Positions 7,683 to 16,667 of a DNA stretch of 64,000 bases are shown piece by piece; within the stretch, counting starts at the first letter, position 1, and every line of letters begins with the position of its first letter. Position numbers and translations under genes: made by a program. This DNA comes from a virus. Its lineage: Duplodnaviria; Caudoviricetes. The stretch lies in IMG/VR virus record IMGVR_UViG_3300044840_000109, positions 17,597-81,596 of that record. The stretch is one strand, 5' to 3'. Below the pieces are notes generated by a model. The model was not told the DNA's origin. It worked only from the letters and a program-made list of their open reading frames with translations, and searched no databases.

Positions 7683-8555
7683 CTACTTGGTGCCGTCGAG
7701 CGCGTGGCCGACCTGGGTGAGAGCGGCGGTGGCGCCGGCCTGGGCGGCGGACTGGATCTGGGCGGCGGTGAGACCTCCGGCGGCGCCCACGGTCTTGGCC
7801 AGGGCGGTGACGGTGGCCGTCAGGGCGCCGATCTGGGCGGTGAGGGCCTGGGTCTGTCCGAGCTGTACGAAGTCGCTGTAGCGGAGCACCGCGCCCATCC
7901 GGACCTGTGTGTCGGTGGCGGCGTTGAGTTCGGTGTGGTCCCACACGGCGGCGGCGATGGCGGCGATGTCTGCGGGTGTCACGATGTCCTCCGGTCGGGG
8001 GTACTGGCCGTAGTCGGCCATGACGGCGTTGTCGACGTCGGCGACGCCGTGCAGGGTGGTGACTCCGGTCTGGCGCAAGGTGGCGTGGGTGGACCACAGC
8101 CCCTTGGACCAGGCGGAGGTCTGCCAGAGGTAGCGCAGGCCGTGGGCGTAGGCGCCTTCGATGATCTGGTAGCCGCCGTAGACGCCGGTGCGTGCGAGGC
8201 CGATGACGGAGGCGGCGCCGTCGAAGTAGGCCTGGACGCTGGCCCACGACACGTCGGAGTCCACGGCGAAGTGGTGGATGTGCGTGGCCGGGAGCCCGAC
8301 GGCGGCGCGCTTGGCTTCGGCCGACTTGGCATCGGCGACGCCGGCAGCCCGACCCTGGGTGGCGCGTCCTGTGGTGGTCTCCTGAACGGTGACGATGGAC
8401 AGGCCGGCAGCCGGATAGGCGATTACCTCGTCGGCGTGCAGGTCCTTGCTGTCATCGCTGCTGAAGTACCGCGCGACAAAGTGGGCGCCCACCCCCACGA
8501 TTTCTGCGGGGGTGGGGCGCTCCCAGGCGATATCCACGCCCATGACGTTGACCAT
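7683..8555 (-). CDS. endolysin, DUF1906/GH25-like glycoside hydrolase
   Basis: GVDIAW, FVARY, HHFAVDSD, TGVYGG, WQTSAW, DVDNA motifs; start trimmed to MVNVMG. Confidence 0.8.
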   Translation of the reverse strand: MVNVMGVDIAWERPTPAEIVGVGAHFVARYFSSDDSKDLHADEVIAYPAAGLSIVTVQETTTGRATQGRAAGVADAKSAEAKRAAVGLPATHIHHFAVDSDVSWASVQAYFDGAASVIGLARTGVYGGYQIIEGAYAHGLRYLWQTSAWSKGLWSTHATLRQTGVTTLHGVADVDNAVMADYGQYPRPEDIVTPADIAAIAAAVWDHTELNAATDTQVRMGAVLRYSDFVQLGQTQALTAQIGALTATVTALAKTVGAAGGLTAAQIQSAAQAGATAALTQVGHALDGTK

Positions 8556-8566
8556 CGCGATGCCGA

Positions 8567-9826
8567 TCAGGTGGTGGTGCCGGTAGCGGCGGTGGAGGCA
8601 GCGGCTGCGCCCTTGGCGTTGCCGGCCACGACGGTGAGCGAGTACGCGACTCCGGTGCCGGAGTAGGTCAGGACCACGGGCGCGGACGCGGGGTAGGCGA
8701 CGGTGGCCTTGAGGGTGGCGCCGTCGAACAGCTTGTAGTAGTCCGGCGGCGGGAACGAGGACGAGATGGTGGGCGCGTTGATGACCACCGAGACGGTGTG
8801 CCCCGAGCCGTTGGTGGGGGTGGGGGCCGGGGCGACGCCGGGGATGGAGTTGGCCGGGGCGATGGTGAGGTTCAGCACGGGGGAGAACGCGGAGTACGCG
8901 GTGCCGTTGCTGTCCGTCTTGATGGCCCGAACCTTGAGCCGTACGGGCACCCCGGGGTGCTGGTAGTTGGGGGTGTTGACGGTGACCTGGGTGGCGGGCA
9001 GCGCGGGCTGCGCGACGGCGGCGTTGATTCGCACGTCGCCGATGTTGAAGCCGGGGTTGGCCGGGTCCATGGTCAGGTCGTCGCCGACGGTGTTGTTGTC
9101 CCAGACCTCGTAGGTGGTGGCGCCCACGACGCGGTTCCACGTCAGTGCCAGGGGGCTGCCAGCGCCGGAGACGATGACGGGGACCGGAGCGGTCAGAGTC
9201 AGGCCGCCGGGCGCTCCGGGCGGGGTGGTGACGTTCTGCGTGGTGGTGGAGGTGGCCGGGGTGGTGACCGACAGGGACGCCGACTTGACGCCCGAGCCGA
9301 CGCCGGTGACCGGGTCGCAACTCTCCAGCACGAACGCGTACGTGGTGGAGGGCACGATGGGTACCCACACGGGCGGGGTGGCGGAGGACCAGTAGCCGGT
9401 GACCACGGTATTCGCGGACGGGGACTTGATGCGCAGCGAGGGGGCCGCGGTGACGCCGCCGACGTAGATGTTGGTCGCGCCCACGCCGATGTTGGCCACG
9501 CCCTTGGAGCCCTTGTTGGTCAGGTCACCGCCGCCGGTGGGCGACAGGGGCGGCATCTTGGAGCCGGCCGGGATGGCGCCCTGCAGGGCCTGCCAGAAGA
9601 GGTGGATGGCGCGCGGGCGTACCGCTCCGCCGGGGATGTTGGTGGCGGTGGAGTCCTGGTACCAGACCGGGGCGGTGAGCGCGGCCTTCTGCGGGTAGCT
9701 CGCGCCGGCGCGGTCCGACAGGCGCCCGGCCACGGTTTCCGGGGGGAGAGTGTCCAGCCCTACGGCGGTGCCGGCCTCTGCGGTGAGGTCGGAGTTTGTC
9801 TCAATATTCCACTTGGTACCAGTCAT
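8567..9826 (-). CDS. fibronectin type III-domain virion protein
   Basis: P-G-A-P..L.W..V.GA..Y and Y.L.V.A.N FN3-like patterns; T/P/G-rich. Confidence 0.6.
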   Translation of the reverse strand: MTGTKWNIETNSDLTAEAGTAVGLDTLPPETVAGRLSDRAGASYPQKAALTAPVWYQDSTATNIPGGAVRPRAIHLFWQALQGAIPAGSKMPPLSPTGGGDLTNKGSKGVANIGVGATNIYVGGVTAAPSLRIKSPSANTVVTGYWSSATPPVWVPIVPSTTYAFVLESCDPVTGVGSGVKSASLSVTTPATSTTTQNVTTPPGAPGGLTLTAPVPVIVSGAGSPLALTWNRVVGATTYEVWDNNTVGDDLTMDPANPGFNIGDVRINAAVAQPALPATQVTVNTPNYQHPGVPVRLKVRAIKTDSNGTAYSAFSPVLNLTIAPANSIPGVAPAPTPTNGSGHTVSVVINAPTISSSFPPPDYYKLFDGATLKATVAYPASAPVVLTYSGTGVAYSLTVVAGNAKGAAAASTAATGTTT

Positions 9827-9837
9827 CGCGCTTTTCC

Positions 9838-10083
9838 TTAGCTGCCCGGGTAGGCGACCGGGCCGCCGGTGTGGGTGTTGGGCGTGGTGATCTTCCGGCC
9901 GAACGCGTCGGTCTTCACCGGCGCCTCGTGAATTCCGTACCAGGTGTCAGCGAAGGCGTCGCGCAGGTCCGGGGTGGTGTGCTCGGGGAATCCGCCACGC
10001 TCGCGGATGCCCTTCTTGAAGGTGCCGTCGGTCTCGCCGGCCTGGAAGTCCAGGGTCAGCGGGCGCTGCTGTGCGTAGCTCAC
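9838..10083 (-). CDS. small hypothetical protein
   Basis: 81-aa ORF, GTGA overlap. Confidence 0.65.
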   Translation of the reverse strand: MSYAQQRPLTLDFQAGETDGTFKKGIRERGGFPEHTTPDLRDAFADTWYGIHEAPVKTDAFGRKITTPNTHTGGPVAYPGS

Positions 10084-10199
10084 TTCTTCCCCTTCTTCTT
10101 GGCTGGCTTCTTGTGGCCCTTGTTGTCGCTGTCGCGGGCGTCTTCCTGCTTCTTGCTGAAGGGGAAATTCCCGCCCTTGGACTTCTTCTTGTCCGCCAT
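10080..10199 (-). CDS. 39-aa Lys-rich peptide (not in the ORF track)
   Basis: MADKKKSKGGNFPFSKKQEDARDSDNKGHKKPAKKKGKK; fills the gap exactly with coupled ends. Confidence 0.6.
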   Translation of the reverse strand: MADKKKSKGGNFPFSKKQEDARDSDNKGHKKPAKKKGKK

Positions 10200-10200
10200 A

Positions 10201-10440
10201 TCAACCGCCCATCTTGGTGGCCTTGGGCACTGCCCGAGCCGGAGGCTTTGTGACGGGGCCCCTCGCGGAAGCCACGCCGGTCTTGAATTCGCTGGTCATT
10301 CCCTGAGCGCCGGGCGCCTTGGGGCTGAACTTCCCGGCGGTGCGCTGGTCCAGGCCGTTGGACTTCCCGGAGACCTTTCCGGAGACGTTGTCGCCGATTC
10401 CGTGGCCGCGGCGGTCGGTGGCGGAGGTGCGCTTGGGCAT
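10201..10440 (-). CDS. small basic Gly/Lys-rich protein
   Basis: 79-aa ORF abutting both neighbours. Confidence 0.6.
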   Translation of the reverse strand: MPKRTSATDRRGHGIGDNVSGKVSGKSNGLDQRTAGKFSPKAPGAQGMTSEFKTGVASARGPVTKPPARAVPKATKMGG

Positions 10441-10734
10441 TTACATCGCCCCCAGGGCGGGAGTGGTGGATGCGGAGTAGCCGGACTGGCGCTGGGAGTA
10501 GTCCACGCGCGACTCCGGGTAGACGTCTTCGAGGCGGGCGATGTCCTGGATTCCGATGACGTGCGCCCGGTATCCGAATCGCGGGGGAGTGCGGCCGATG
10601 TTGGGGATGGGCGGGCCCATGCGCCGGATGGCGTCGGTCGGGAGGTCCACCCATTCCTTGAGGTAATTGGTGACCTGCTGCTCGCGCAGCGTGGACCACG
10701 GGCGCGACTGGTAGACGCTGTTGGCCTGGTACAT
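10441..10734 (-). CDS. hypothetical protein
   Basis: ORF 10441..10743; likely ATG 10734 via ATGA overlap. Confidence 0.65.
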   Translation of the reverse strand: MYQANSVYQSRPWSTLREQQVTNYLKEWVDLPTDAIRRMGPPIPNIGRTPPRFGYRAHVIGIQDIARLEDVYPESRVDYSQRQSGYSASTTPALGAM

Positions 10735-11285
10735 CACACCCACCCCGGCTTGAAGCGCATGAGCTGCGCGCGGCGCTGCTCGTCCACGTTCAGGTAGGGC
10801 GGGGAGATTTCCTGCTCGTAGACGCGAGCTGCGGTGGAGAAGCGGGCCTGGGTGGCGACCAGCGTGGTGGACTTACCATCGTTGACCAGCGGCGCGCCGA
10901 CGCGGGTGCCCTTCTGAGTCCATTTCTCGCCGCGCATCTGCGCCTGCAGCGCGGCGGCGGGGTTGACCTGCTCGGTCCAGTAGTAGTCCGCCGGGTCGAT
11001 GCGCTCGCCCTTGTGCACGCCGCGCTGGTAGGAGCGCTGGGTGGCGCGGTTGCCGATGGAGTTGAGCAGCCTGTCCTCGCGGCGCGTGCCGGCGCCCAGC
11101 GTTCCGAGATACCCGTCCGGGTACTGGGCGCTGGGGATGTGCCCGCTCTCCATGAGCCGGCGCGCGTCGAGGATGTCGCGGGCGCCTGTGAGGGGGTAGG
11201 TGCCGCCGCCCCCGCCGGAGTAGGAGATGCCGCCGCCGCCAGCGGGGACCTGGTAGGGCGGGTTGTAGGTCAGGTTGTTGCTCAC
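10734..11285 (-). CDS. hypothetical protein (GYLG/RREDRLL motif)
   Basis: Start trimmed to GTG SNNLTY. Confidence 0.7.
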   Translation of the reverse strand: MSNNLTYNPPYQVPAGGGGISYSGGGGGTYPLTGARDILDARRLMESGHIPSAQYPDGYLGTLGAGTRREDRLLNSIGNRATQRSYQRGVHKGERIDPADYYWTEQVNPAAALQAQMRGEKWTQKGTRVGAPLVNDGKSTTLVATQARFSTAARVYEQEISPPYLNVDEQRRAQLMRFKPGWV

Positions 11286-11289
11286 GGGA

Positions 11290-11457
11290 TCACCCCTTGG
11301 CGCGTGCGATGGCGTCGTTGAAGTTCGCGATCTGGCCGGCGCGGTTCTCGTCGTGGCGCACGGTGTCGAGCGCAGCCATGGGGGCCTTGTCGCCGGGCAT
11401 CTGGTAGTCGGCGTTGGCCTGCGGGCCCACATGCTGGGCGGCGGCGGGGACGGTCAT
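11290..11457 (-). CDS. 55-aa hypothetical protein (not in the ORF track)
   Basis: MTVPAAAQHVGPQANADYQMPG...ARAKG; fills the gap. Confidence 0.55.
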   Translation of the reverse strand: MTVPAAAQHVGPQANADYQMPGDKAPMAALDTVRHDENRAGQIANFNDAIARAKG

Positions 11458-11458
11458 G

Positions 11459-11821
11459 TCAGCTCCCGTCGCCCATGCCCGAGCGGAAGTTGTCCTGGCT
11501 TCCGAAGGCGCTGGAGACCTTGTGCATGGACTTGCCGCTGCCGGTGGGGTCGGCGTAGGCGCGCGAGACGGTGACCACCCCGGCGGGGCCGTAGCGGTCC
11601 TTGCCCAGGGCCACGTTGCTGCGGTGGTTGTGGGGGCCGTCGCTGGGGTTCTGCGACATGGACTTGATCGTGGTGCCGTGCGTGGTGCCGTTGGTGGGGG
11701 TGATCACGCAGGCGTGCGCGGCCTCGGTGCCCATGCCGGGGAACTGCGCGCTGCTCAGGGGGAGGTGGTGCAGTCCGGTTTCCTTGCCCTTGTTGGGCGG
11801 GCTCCAGTGCTGGTTCTCCAT
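11459..11821 (-). CDS. hypothetical Gly/Ser-rich protein
   Basis: 120-aa ORF after GAGGAG SD. Confidence 0.65.
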   Translation of the reverse strand: MENQHWSPPNKGKETGLHHLPLSSAQFPGMGTEAAHACVITPTNGTTHGTTIKSMSQNPSDGPHNHRSNVALGKDRYGPAGVVTVSRAYADPTGSGKSMHKVSSAFGSQDNFRSGMGDGS

Positions 11822-11948
11822 CGGGGGACTCCTCTACTCGGCCGGGACTCAGATGAATGGGAAGCCGAGTGGGTACCGAGTGAGGATCCGAATGAATTCG
11901 CGAACGAGTCCGCTCCGAGTTTACGTGCCGCGCTGATTGCTGTGATAT

Positions 11949-12233
11949 TCAGGCGGTCATGACGCGGATGGCCACGCCCATGAGGTCCGTGTCGCGCTGG
12001 CGCGATACCCCGTGGAAGAACGTGATCTTCTCCACCAGGTCGACGCCGTAGCTGATGACGAATGACTGCGCGATGGGGATGGCCTTGACCGCCTGGTTCA
12101 CCGCGCCGGCGCCCACCGCCTTGAGGACGACCTGGTTGCCGTTGTTGATTGCGTGCGCGATTGCGCTGCCGAGTTCCGGGGGGGACGTGGTTGTCTTCAC
12201 CCGGAAGACCGTTTCCTTTACCTGATTCTCCAC
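11949..12233 (-). CDS. spoVS: SpoVS-family (Alba-fold) protein
   Basis: AVGAGAVNQAVKAIPIAQSF matches the SpoVS signature IGAGAxNQAVKAxAIARGF; 94 aa. Confidence 0.8.
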   Translation of the reverse strand: MENQVKETVFRVKTTTSPPELGSAIAHAINNGNQVVLKAVGAGAVNQAVKAIPIAQSFVISYGVDLVEKITFFHGVSRQRDTDLMGVAIRVMTA

Positions 12234-12288
12234 GAGTACGCTCCTAATTCCATATGGGCGGAGCGTACGGGTGAATAGTTTTTCGCTG

Positions 12289-12507
12289 TTATCCGTGCGG
12301 CTGCGTGCAGGAGCACCAGTCTACGGGGCCCCATGAATAACAGCTGCTGGTCATCCCCTCGGGGTGCTCGCACGGGACGAGCCAGAATCCCGCGGTGCAG
12401 CCGCACCGTTCCTCGTCGTGCCATGCGGTGGTGGTGACGTTGCAGCGATCGCAGCGCAGGAATGGGTTGGCGAATTCGACGTACACGTGGGTGCGGGTGA
12501 AGGTCAC
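12289..12507 (-). CDS. Cys-rich hypothetical protein
   Basis: 72 aa with multiple Cys; GTGA overlap. Confidence 0.55.
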   Translation of the reverse strand: MTFTRTHVYVEFANPFLRCDRCNVTTTAWHDEERCGCTAGFWLVPCEHPEGMTSSCYSWGPVDWCSCTQPHG

Positions 12508-13061
12508 GCCCTCTTCTCCTTCATGATGGCGTCGACCACTTCCTGTTCGTATTTCAGTGCGGTCGCGCGGCTGCCGGTGATGGCGCGGGCGATTTGCATG
12601 AGTCCGTAGGCGTCAGCGAGGTCGTTGCTCTTGTATTCGACGCCCCATTTTTTGTAGACCTGCAGCAGCATGTTGTCCTTCGCCGCGGAGCCGGAGCCGG
12701 TGACGAATTTCTTGAGAGCGCTGGGAGTGGCGATGTGCAGCCGCTCCATGGGCATGATCTCGGCCAGGACGAGCTTGACGACGCCGCCGAGTTCCCCCAT
12801 CGTCTCCCTGTTGAACTTGGAGCTGGGGGCGTAGCCCTCCATGACCACGGCGCCGATCTCGAAGCGGATGCGGGTCTCCGCCAGGTACTGGTGCAGCGAC
12901 TCGCGGATGGTCCGTAGGCGCTTGCCTCCGGTGCCGGCCTTCTTGGGGCTGAAGTCGAATACCTCGTCCTCGGTCCACACGTGCGCGTCCTGCTGGAAGT
13001 GCTGCACCATGGCGAAGTGGCTGTAGGAGGGGTCGATGCCGATATGCATGGTGTCGGTCAC
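12504..13061 (-). CDS. ruvC: RuvC-like Holliday junction resolvase
   Basis: IGIDPS, VVMEGY, LKKFVTGSG.A.K, NDLADA motifs. Confidence 0.85.
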   Translation of the reverse strand: MTDTMHIGIDPSYSHFAMVQHFQQDAHVWTEDEVFDFSPKKAGTGGKRLRTIRESLHQYLAETRIRFEIGAVVMEGYAPSSKFNRETMGELGGVVKLVLAEIMPMERLHIATPSALKKFVTGSGSAAKDNMLLQVYKKWGVEYKSNDLADAYGLMQIARAITGSRATALKYEQEVVDAIMKEKRA

Positions 13062-13303
13062 TCGTAGACCTCGTTCTCAATGGTGATCCCCTCGACGGCG
13101 TGAACCAGGTCGAGCCATGCGAGCAGTGAGAGCAACGTGTCGGAGCTGAGGCCGCCGTTGTCCCGACGCAGGTGGGTGAAGATGCGGCTGCTGTGGCATC
13201 CCGTCGCGCGTTGGACCTCGCGCCAGCTGACACCGAGCTGCCGGCGCTTGTAGTCCAGGAGGCAATACAGGGCCGGACCGTCCAGGCGATGGCTGGCGGC
13301 CAT
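13058..13303 (-). CDS. HTH DNA-binding protein (81 aa)
   Basis: Start trimmed to MAASHRLD; SWREVQRATG HTH-like pattern. Confidence 0.55.
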   Translation of the reverse strand: MAASHRLDGPALYCLLDYKRRQLGVSWREVQRATGCHSSRIFTHLRRDNGGLSSDTLLSLLAWLDLVHAVEGITIENEVYE

Positions 13304-13761
13304 CAGGTGCCCCACTTCGAGGCGCGCTGATCGGTGTCGCGCGAGGCGATGCGGCGGGAGAGTTCGCGCGAGAGGAACTGGGTGCGCATGCGGGCGTTCT
13401 CGTGCACCATCTCCAGGGCGTCGACCATCCCCTGTTCCTGGTCGTGGGTGCGCTGGGCGTCCAGGACGTCGGGGTCGATCTGGGCGGTGGCTTTCTTCGC
13501 CGCGACTGTCTTGTCGGTGCTGCGGGCCTGCGCTACGGCGGTGCGGTAGGTGACCTGGTAGGCGGCTTCGCGCAGGGAGTGTCGGGCGACGGTGAGTTCG
13601 TGGGCCGCGTAGCAGGTCCACTGCGTGAAGGTGCCGAACAGACCCATGAGGTCCTTCTCCGACAGGCCGGTCACGTCGTCGGGGAGGTCGTGCATGTTGC
13701 CGGCGGGGCGGTCCTCCATGTCGAAGCCGGACGCTTCGAGGGTTTCCCAGGTCGCGTTCAT
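13303..13761 (-). CDS. coiled-coil hypothetical protein
   Basis: 152-aa helical ORF in the recombination block. Confidence 0.7.
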   Translation of the reverse strand: MNATWETLEASGFDMEDRPAGNMHDLPDDVTGLSEKDLMGLFGTFTQWTCYAAHELTVARHSLREAAYQVTYRTAVAQARSTDKTVAAKKATAQIDPDVLDAQRTHDQEQGMVDALEMVHENARMRTQFLSRELSRRIASRDTDQRASKWGT

Positions 13762-13925
13762 GCGTTCGTCCCATCGTTGGAGGCGCGCAGAGCTACCTCC
13801 GTGATGTCGTGGCCCAGGGAAAGAGCGACGTCGGGCTCAATGGTGTAGAGCACGCCGTTCAGGTACAGAGTGACGAATTCGTAGTTGGGGGTGGTTCCGA
13901 CGCGGTAGTCATCGTCCCCGATCAT
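13758..13925 (-). CDS. 55-aa hypothetical protein (not in the ORF track)
   Basis: MIGDDDYRVGTTPNYEFVTLYLNG...; ATGA overlaps at both ends. Confidence 0.6.
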   Translation of the reverse strand: MIGDDDYRVGTTPNYEFVTLYLNGVLYTIEPDVALSLGHDITEVALRASNDGTNA

Positions 13926-14821
13926 GCGGCCATCTCCGAGTAGTAGAGGCAGCTCTTGCAGCCTGCGGAGTGGTTGATGTTGCAGACCGGTGGCGAGCCG
14001 AATTTCAGGGCGTCGGTGATGATCTGCGCGCCCTCGATGAGGGGCTCGGAGAATTCCTCGTTGTAGAGGAGGGTGAAGGCCTTGGCCTGCTGGTCGGCCT
14101 TGAACTCGTAGATGAACGTGATGCGGTCCACCTCCAGGTCCTCGAAGTGCCGCGCGAGGTAGAGGTAGAGCTGACCCTGGCGCAGGGCGGAAGGCAGGGG
14201 CCGGCGGAAGTCACGCCACATGCGGGCGAGGTCCACGACGAGTCCGCGGCCTTCCATTTCGAGTTCGTATTTCGCCAGGAACTTGGGGTCCTCGTAGCGC
14301 AGGGATCCCAGGCCGAGCGTCTTGATCTCGATGAGGCAGTTGTCGTCGGGGCAGTAGCCGTCGGTGCTGCCGCCGATGGTGAGGGCGGGGGCGTTGAGTT
14401 CCACCTCGGCGTATTCCAGGTCCCGGCAGAAACACCGCGGGCATTGTTGCGGCCGGGCGTCGAGCCAGAACTTGTGCTTGCAGGACCGGCAGAGCCAGTC
14501 ACCCGCCAGGCGGTCCATCTCGGTGAGCCATCCCTGCCACTTCTTGTGGGTGTTGTGGCCCTCCTGGAAGATGTTCTCCCTGGTGAACGCGGTGGTCTTT
14601 GCTTCGCCGCCGTTGCGCAGGAGCTTGTAGTACGCCGCTCGGTGGCACCATCCGGGCTTGACCATCTCGGATGGGTGCAGGACATCGGTGCGGCGGCCGT
14701 CGGGCTGGTAGGCCTTGGCGACGACGTGCTTCTGAATGTCACCGAAAAGAACCTCGGTGCTCTTGGAGGCTTCCAGGTAAGCGGCAAGTCCGGGGCCGGG
14801 CTTTACGATGCTTCGAGCCAC
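13922..14821 (-). CDS. Cas4-like PD-(D/E)XK exonuclease
   Basis: LHPSE..C.R, GSTDG, LIEIKT, QGQLY, C-terminal C..C..C; start trimmed to GTG ARSIV. Confidence 0.8.
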   Translation of the reverse strand: MARSIVKPGPGLAAYLEASKSTEVLFGDIQKHVVAKAYQPDGRRTDVLHPSEMVKPGWCHRAAYYKLLRNGGEAKTTAFTRENIFQEGHNTHKKWQGWLTEMDRLAGDWLCRSCKHKFWLDARPQQCPRCFCRDLEYAEVELNAPALTIGGSTDGYCPDDNCLIEIKTLGLGSLRYEDPKFLAKYELEMEGRGLVVDLARMWRDFRRPLPSALRQGQLYLYLARHFEDLEVDRITFIYEFKADQQAKAFTLLYNEEFSEPLIEGAQIITDALKFGSPPVCNINHSAGCKSCLYYSEMAA

Positions 14822-15156
14822 AGGAGTTCCTCCGTGTCGGGTTGTCCTTCGGCGCGCCAGATCCAGCGCTCGGGCATTCCCGGGTAGCGCAGGCGCAGAG
14901 TGAGGCGGGCAGCGGGTGACATGCCGCCCCATATTCCGTAGTTCTCGCGGTTCTGCATGGCGGTGCGCAGGCATTCGTTTCGGCGCGGGCATATCTCGCC
15001 GTCGCGGCGGCCGTTGCAGAAGTCCATGGCGGCCTGGTCATTCTCAAAGAAAAGGTCGGGTCCGCCGTGGGTGGTGGAGTTTCGGCGGCACTTGGCGGCG
15101 CCGCGATGGTGCGCTTCGGACCAGTCGGGCGCTGGTACCTGGGGACGAATAGCCAT
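14803..15156 (-). CDS. WhiB-family (Wbl) transcription factor
   Basis: Four Cys, PDLFF, CPRRNEC, YGIWGGMS; start trimmed to MAIRPQ. Confidence 0.85.
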   Translation of the reverse strand: MAIRPQVPAPDWSEAHHRGAAKCRRNSTTHGGPDLFFENDQAAMDFCNGRRDGEICPRRNECLRTAMQNRENYGIWGGMSPAARLTLRLRYPGMPERWIWRAEGQPDTEELLWLEAS

Positions 15157-15158
15157 AG

Positions 15159-15473
15159 CTATTCCTCTTTCGTCTGCTTCATGTGTTCGAGGAAGGCTGC
15201 GTAGGAGATCGTCACCCACATGCGCCCTTCGATCTCGGTAATAAAAGCCATCTCGCGGCCGTCGAGAATGGCCTGCCGCTCCGCGAGTTGCAATGCGGCT
15301 CCGGTGAGGCGGAAGCCCTTGGTCGTGGTCGTCTTGCATTCGATGGACCAGGTGTCGTTGCGGACGTCGTTCTTGACGGCCCATCCGTTTCCGCTGCCCG
15401 GGGTGACACGCCCGCCCAGGTCCTTGGCGACGCGCTTCTCCTGGGTGCGGGAGGCGCGGACGCGTGGGTCCAT
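15159..15473 (-). CDS. PD-(D/E)XK nuclease, Hjc-like resolvase
   Basis: QEKRVAK..GG..TPGSG...ND....IECKTT. Confidence 0.7.
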   Translation of the reverse strand: MDPRVRASRTQEKRVAKDLGGRVTPGSGNGWAVKNDVRNDTWSIECKTTTTKGFRLTGAALQLAERQAILDGREMAFITEIEGRMWVTISYAAFLEHMKQTKEE

Positions 15474-16528
15474 CAGGCTGCCTTCGTGGCGGCGTGCAGA
15501 ATCTCGTCTCGCAGCTTGGCGACGAGTTCGTACTCCTCGCGCAGGGCCGCGATCATCTGCGGCTTGCCGTTCCACTTCTCGTCGCCGTAGCGGAACCACT
15601 TCGCGGCGGGGGTGGTGGGTTCGATGACGCCGTACAGGACGCCGAGGGCGACCACCTCGGCCACGCCGTCGTACTCGCCGGCCCGGAAACCGGAGGGGGT
15701 GTTCGCGAAATAGAAGTTCACCGAGGCGACCTGCTGGGGGGCCGCCGCCTTGTTTTTCAGGGTCTTGAGCTTGATGACCTGCCCGACGCGCTGCTTTCCC
15801 GCCCCGTCGGCGCGGGCCTCGTCCAGCCACTCGGTGCGCTTGACTTCCACGCGGCAGTAATAGGCGTAGTCCTTGGCGTGTCCGCCCGGTGTCACCTGGG
15901 GGACCATGCCGTGGAACACGGGTGATCCGATCTTGTCCCGGTATTGGTTGATGATCAGACCGAGGAAGGGGCGCTCCTGCGTAATCATGGAGCGTGCGGT
16001 AGGGCCTCCGACTTTGCGGAAGAATTTTCCGGTGAGCCTGGCGCCGACGGATATGGTGGCCTCTCCCATTTCCTTGGCGGCCTCGTCGTCGGGGACCAGC
16101 GCGGGGTAGGAGTCCAGGACCACGCAGTCGACCGCGCGGGAGTCCGCGGCCTTGATCATCGCGGTGTAGGCGTCCTCCATTGCGTTGGTGACGTGCACGA
16201 TCACCCGTGAGGTGTCGACGCCCAGGGTGGTGGCCCACTCCGCGTCGTATCCCTCGGCCGCGACCCACAGCACCGTGTAGTCGGGGTCGCGCTGCTGGTT
16301 GGCGGCGACCGTCTTGTGGACGATGGTGGTTTTTCCGCTGGATTCCGTGCCGACGATCTCGTGCCACTGGTTCCCGGGCCAGCCACCGCCGAGCATGACG
16401 TCGAGCGAGAGGGATCCGGTGGGAAAGCGGGGGACGGTGGGCATATCCGAGGCCATTACGAAGACCCCGTCGCCTGCTTGCTTGTTGAGTTGCGCCATAA
16501 GCGCACGGGCATCTTCGCGCAGTGCCAT
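15473..16528 (-). CDS. recA: RecA/UvsX-like recombinase
   Basis: TGSLSLDVMLGGG, GTESSGKTT Walker A, VVLDS, INQYR, TPGG. Confidence 0.92.
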   Translation of the reverse strand: MALREDARALMAQLNKQAGDGVFVMASDMPTVPRFPTGSLSLDVMLGGGWPGNQWHEIVGTESSGKTTIVHKTVAANQQRDPDYTVLWVAAEGYDAEWATTLGVDTSRVIVHVTNAMEDAYTAMIKAADSRAVDCVVLDSYPALVPDDEAAKEMGEATISVGARLTGKFFRKVGGPTARSMITQERPFLGLIINQYRDKIGSPVFHGMVPQVTPGGHAKDYAYYCRVEVKRTEWLDEARADGAGKQRVGQVIKLKTLKNKAAAPQQVASVNFYFANTPSGFRAGEYDGVAEVVALGVLYGVIEPTTPAAKWFRYGDEKWNGKPQMIAALREEYELVAKLRDEILHAATKAA

Positions 16529-16564
16529 GGAGGTCCCTCTGCCGAGTGCGAGCCGAGGGGTCTT

Positions 16565-16608
16565 ACGTTAGGAACTTCAGAAAATCGCGCATATCAGCCG
16601 AACGGGTG
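16565..16608 (-). promoter_or_regulatory. promoter with box CACCCGTTCGGCT-N10-ATTTT-N10-TAACGT
   Basis: Identical 13-mer and spacing at 21952-21995. Confidence 0.6.
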
Positions 16609-16667
16609 CGCAAATAAAAGAGGCCCCGCTCGCGCATGGGATCACGGGCGGGGACTTGGTGCTTACT

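Noticed and set aside
13922-14821. CRISPR-Cas system from the Cas4-like gene
   Set aside because: No cas1/cas2 and no repeat-spacer array; it sits in a recombination block, as is typical of phage Cas4-like exonucleases.
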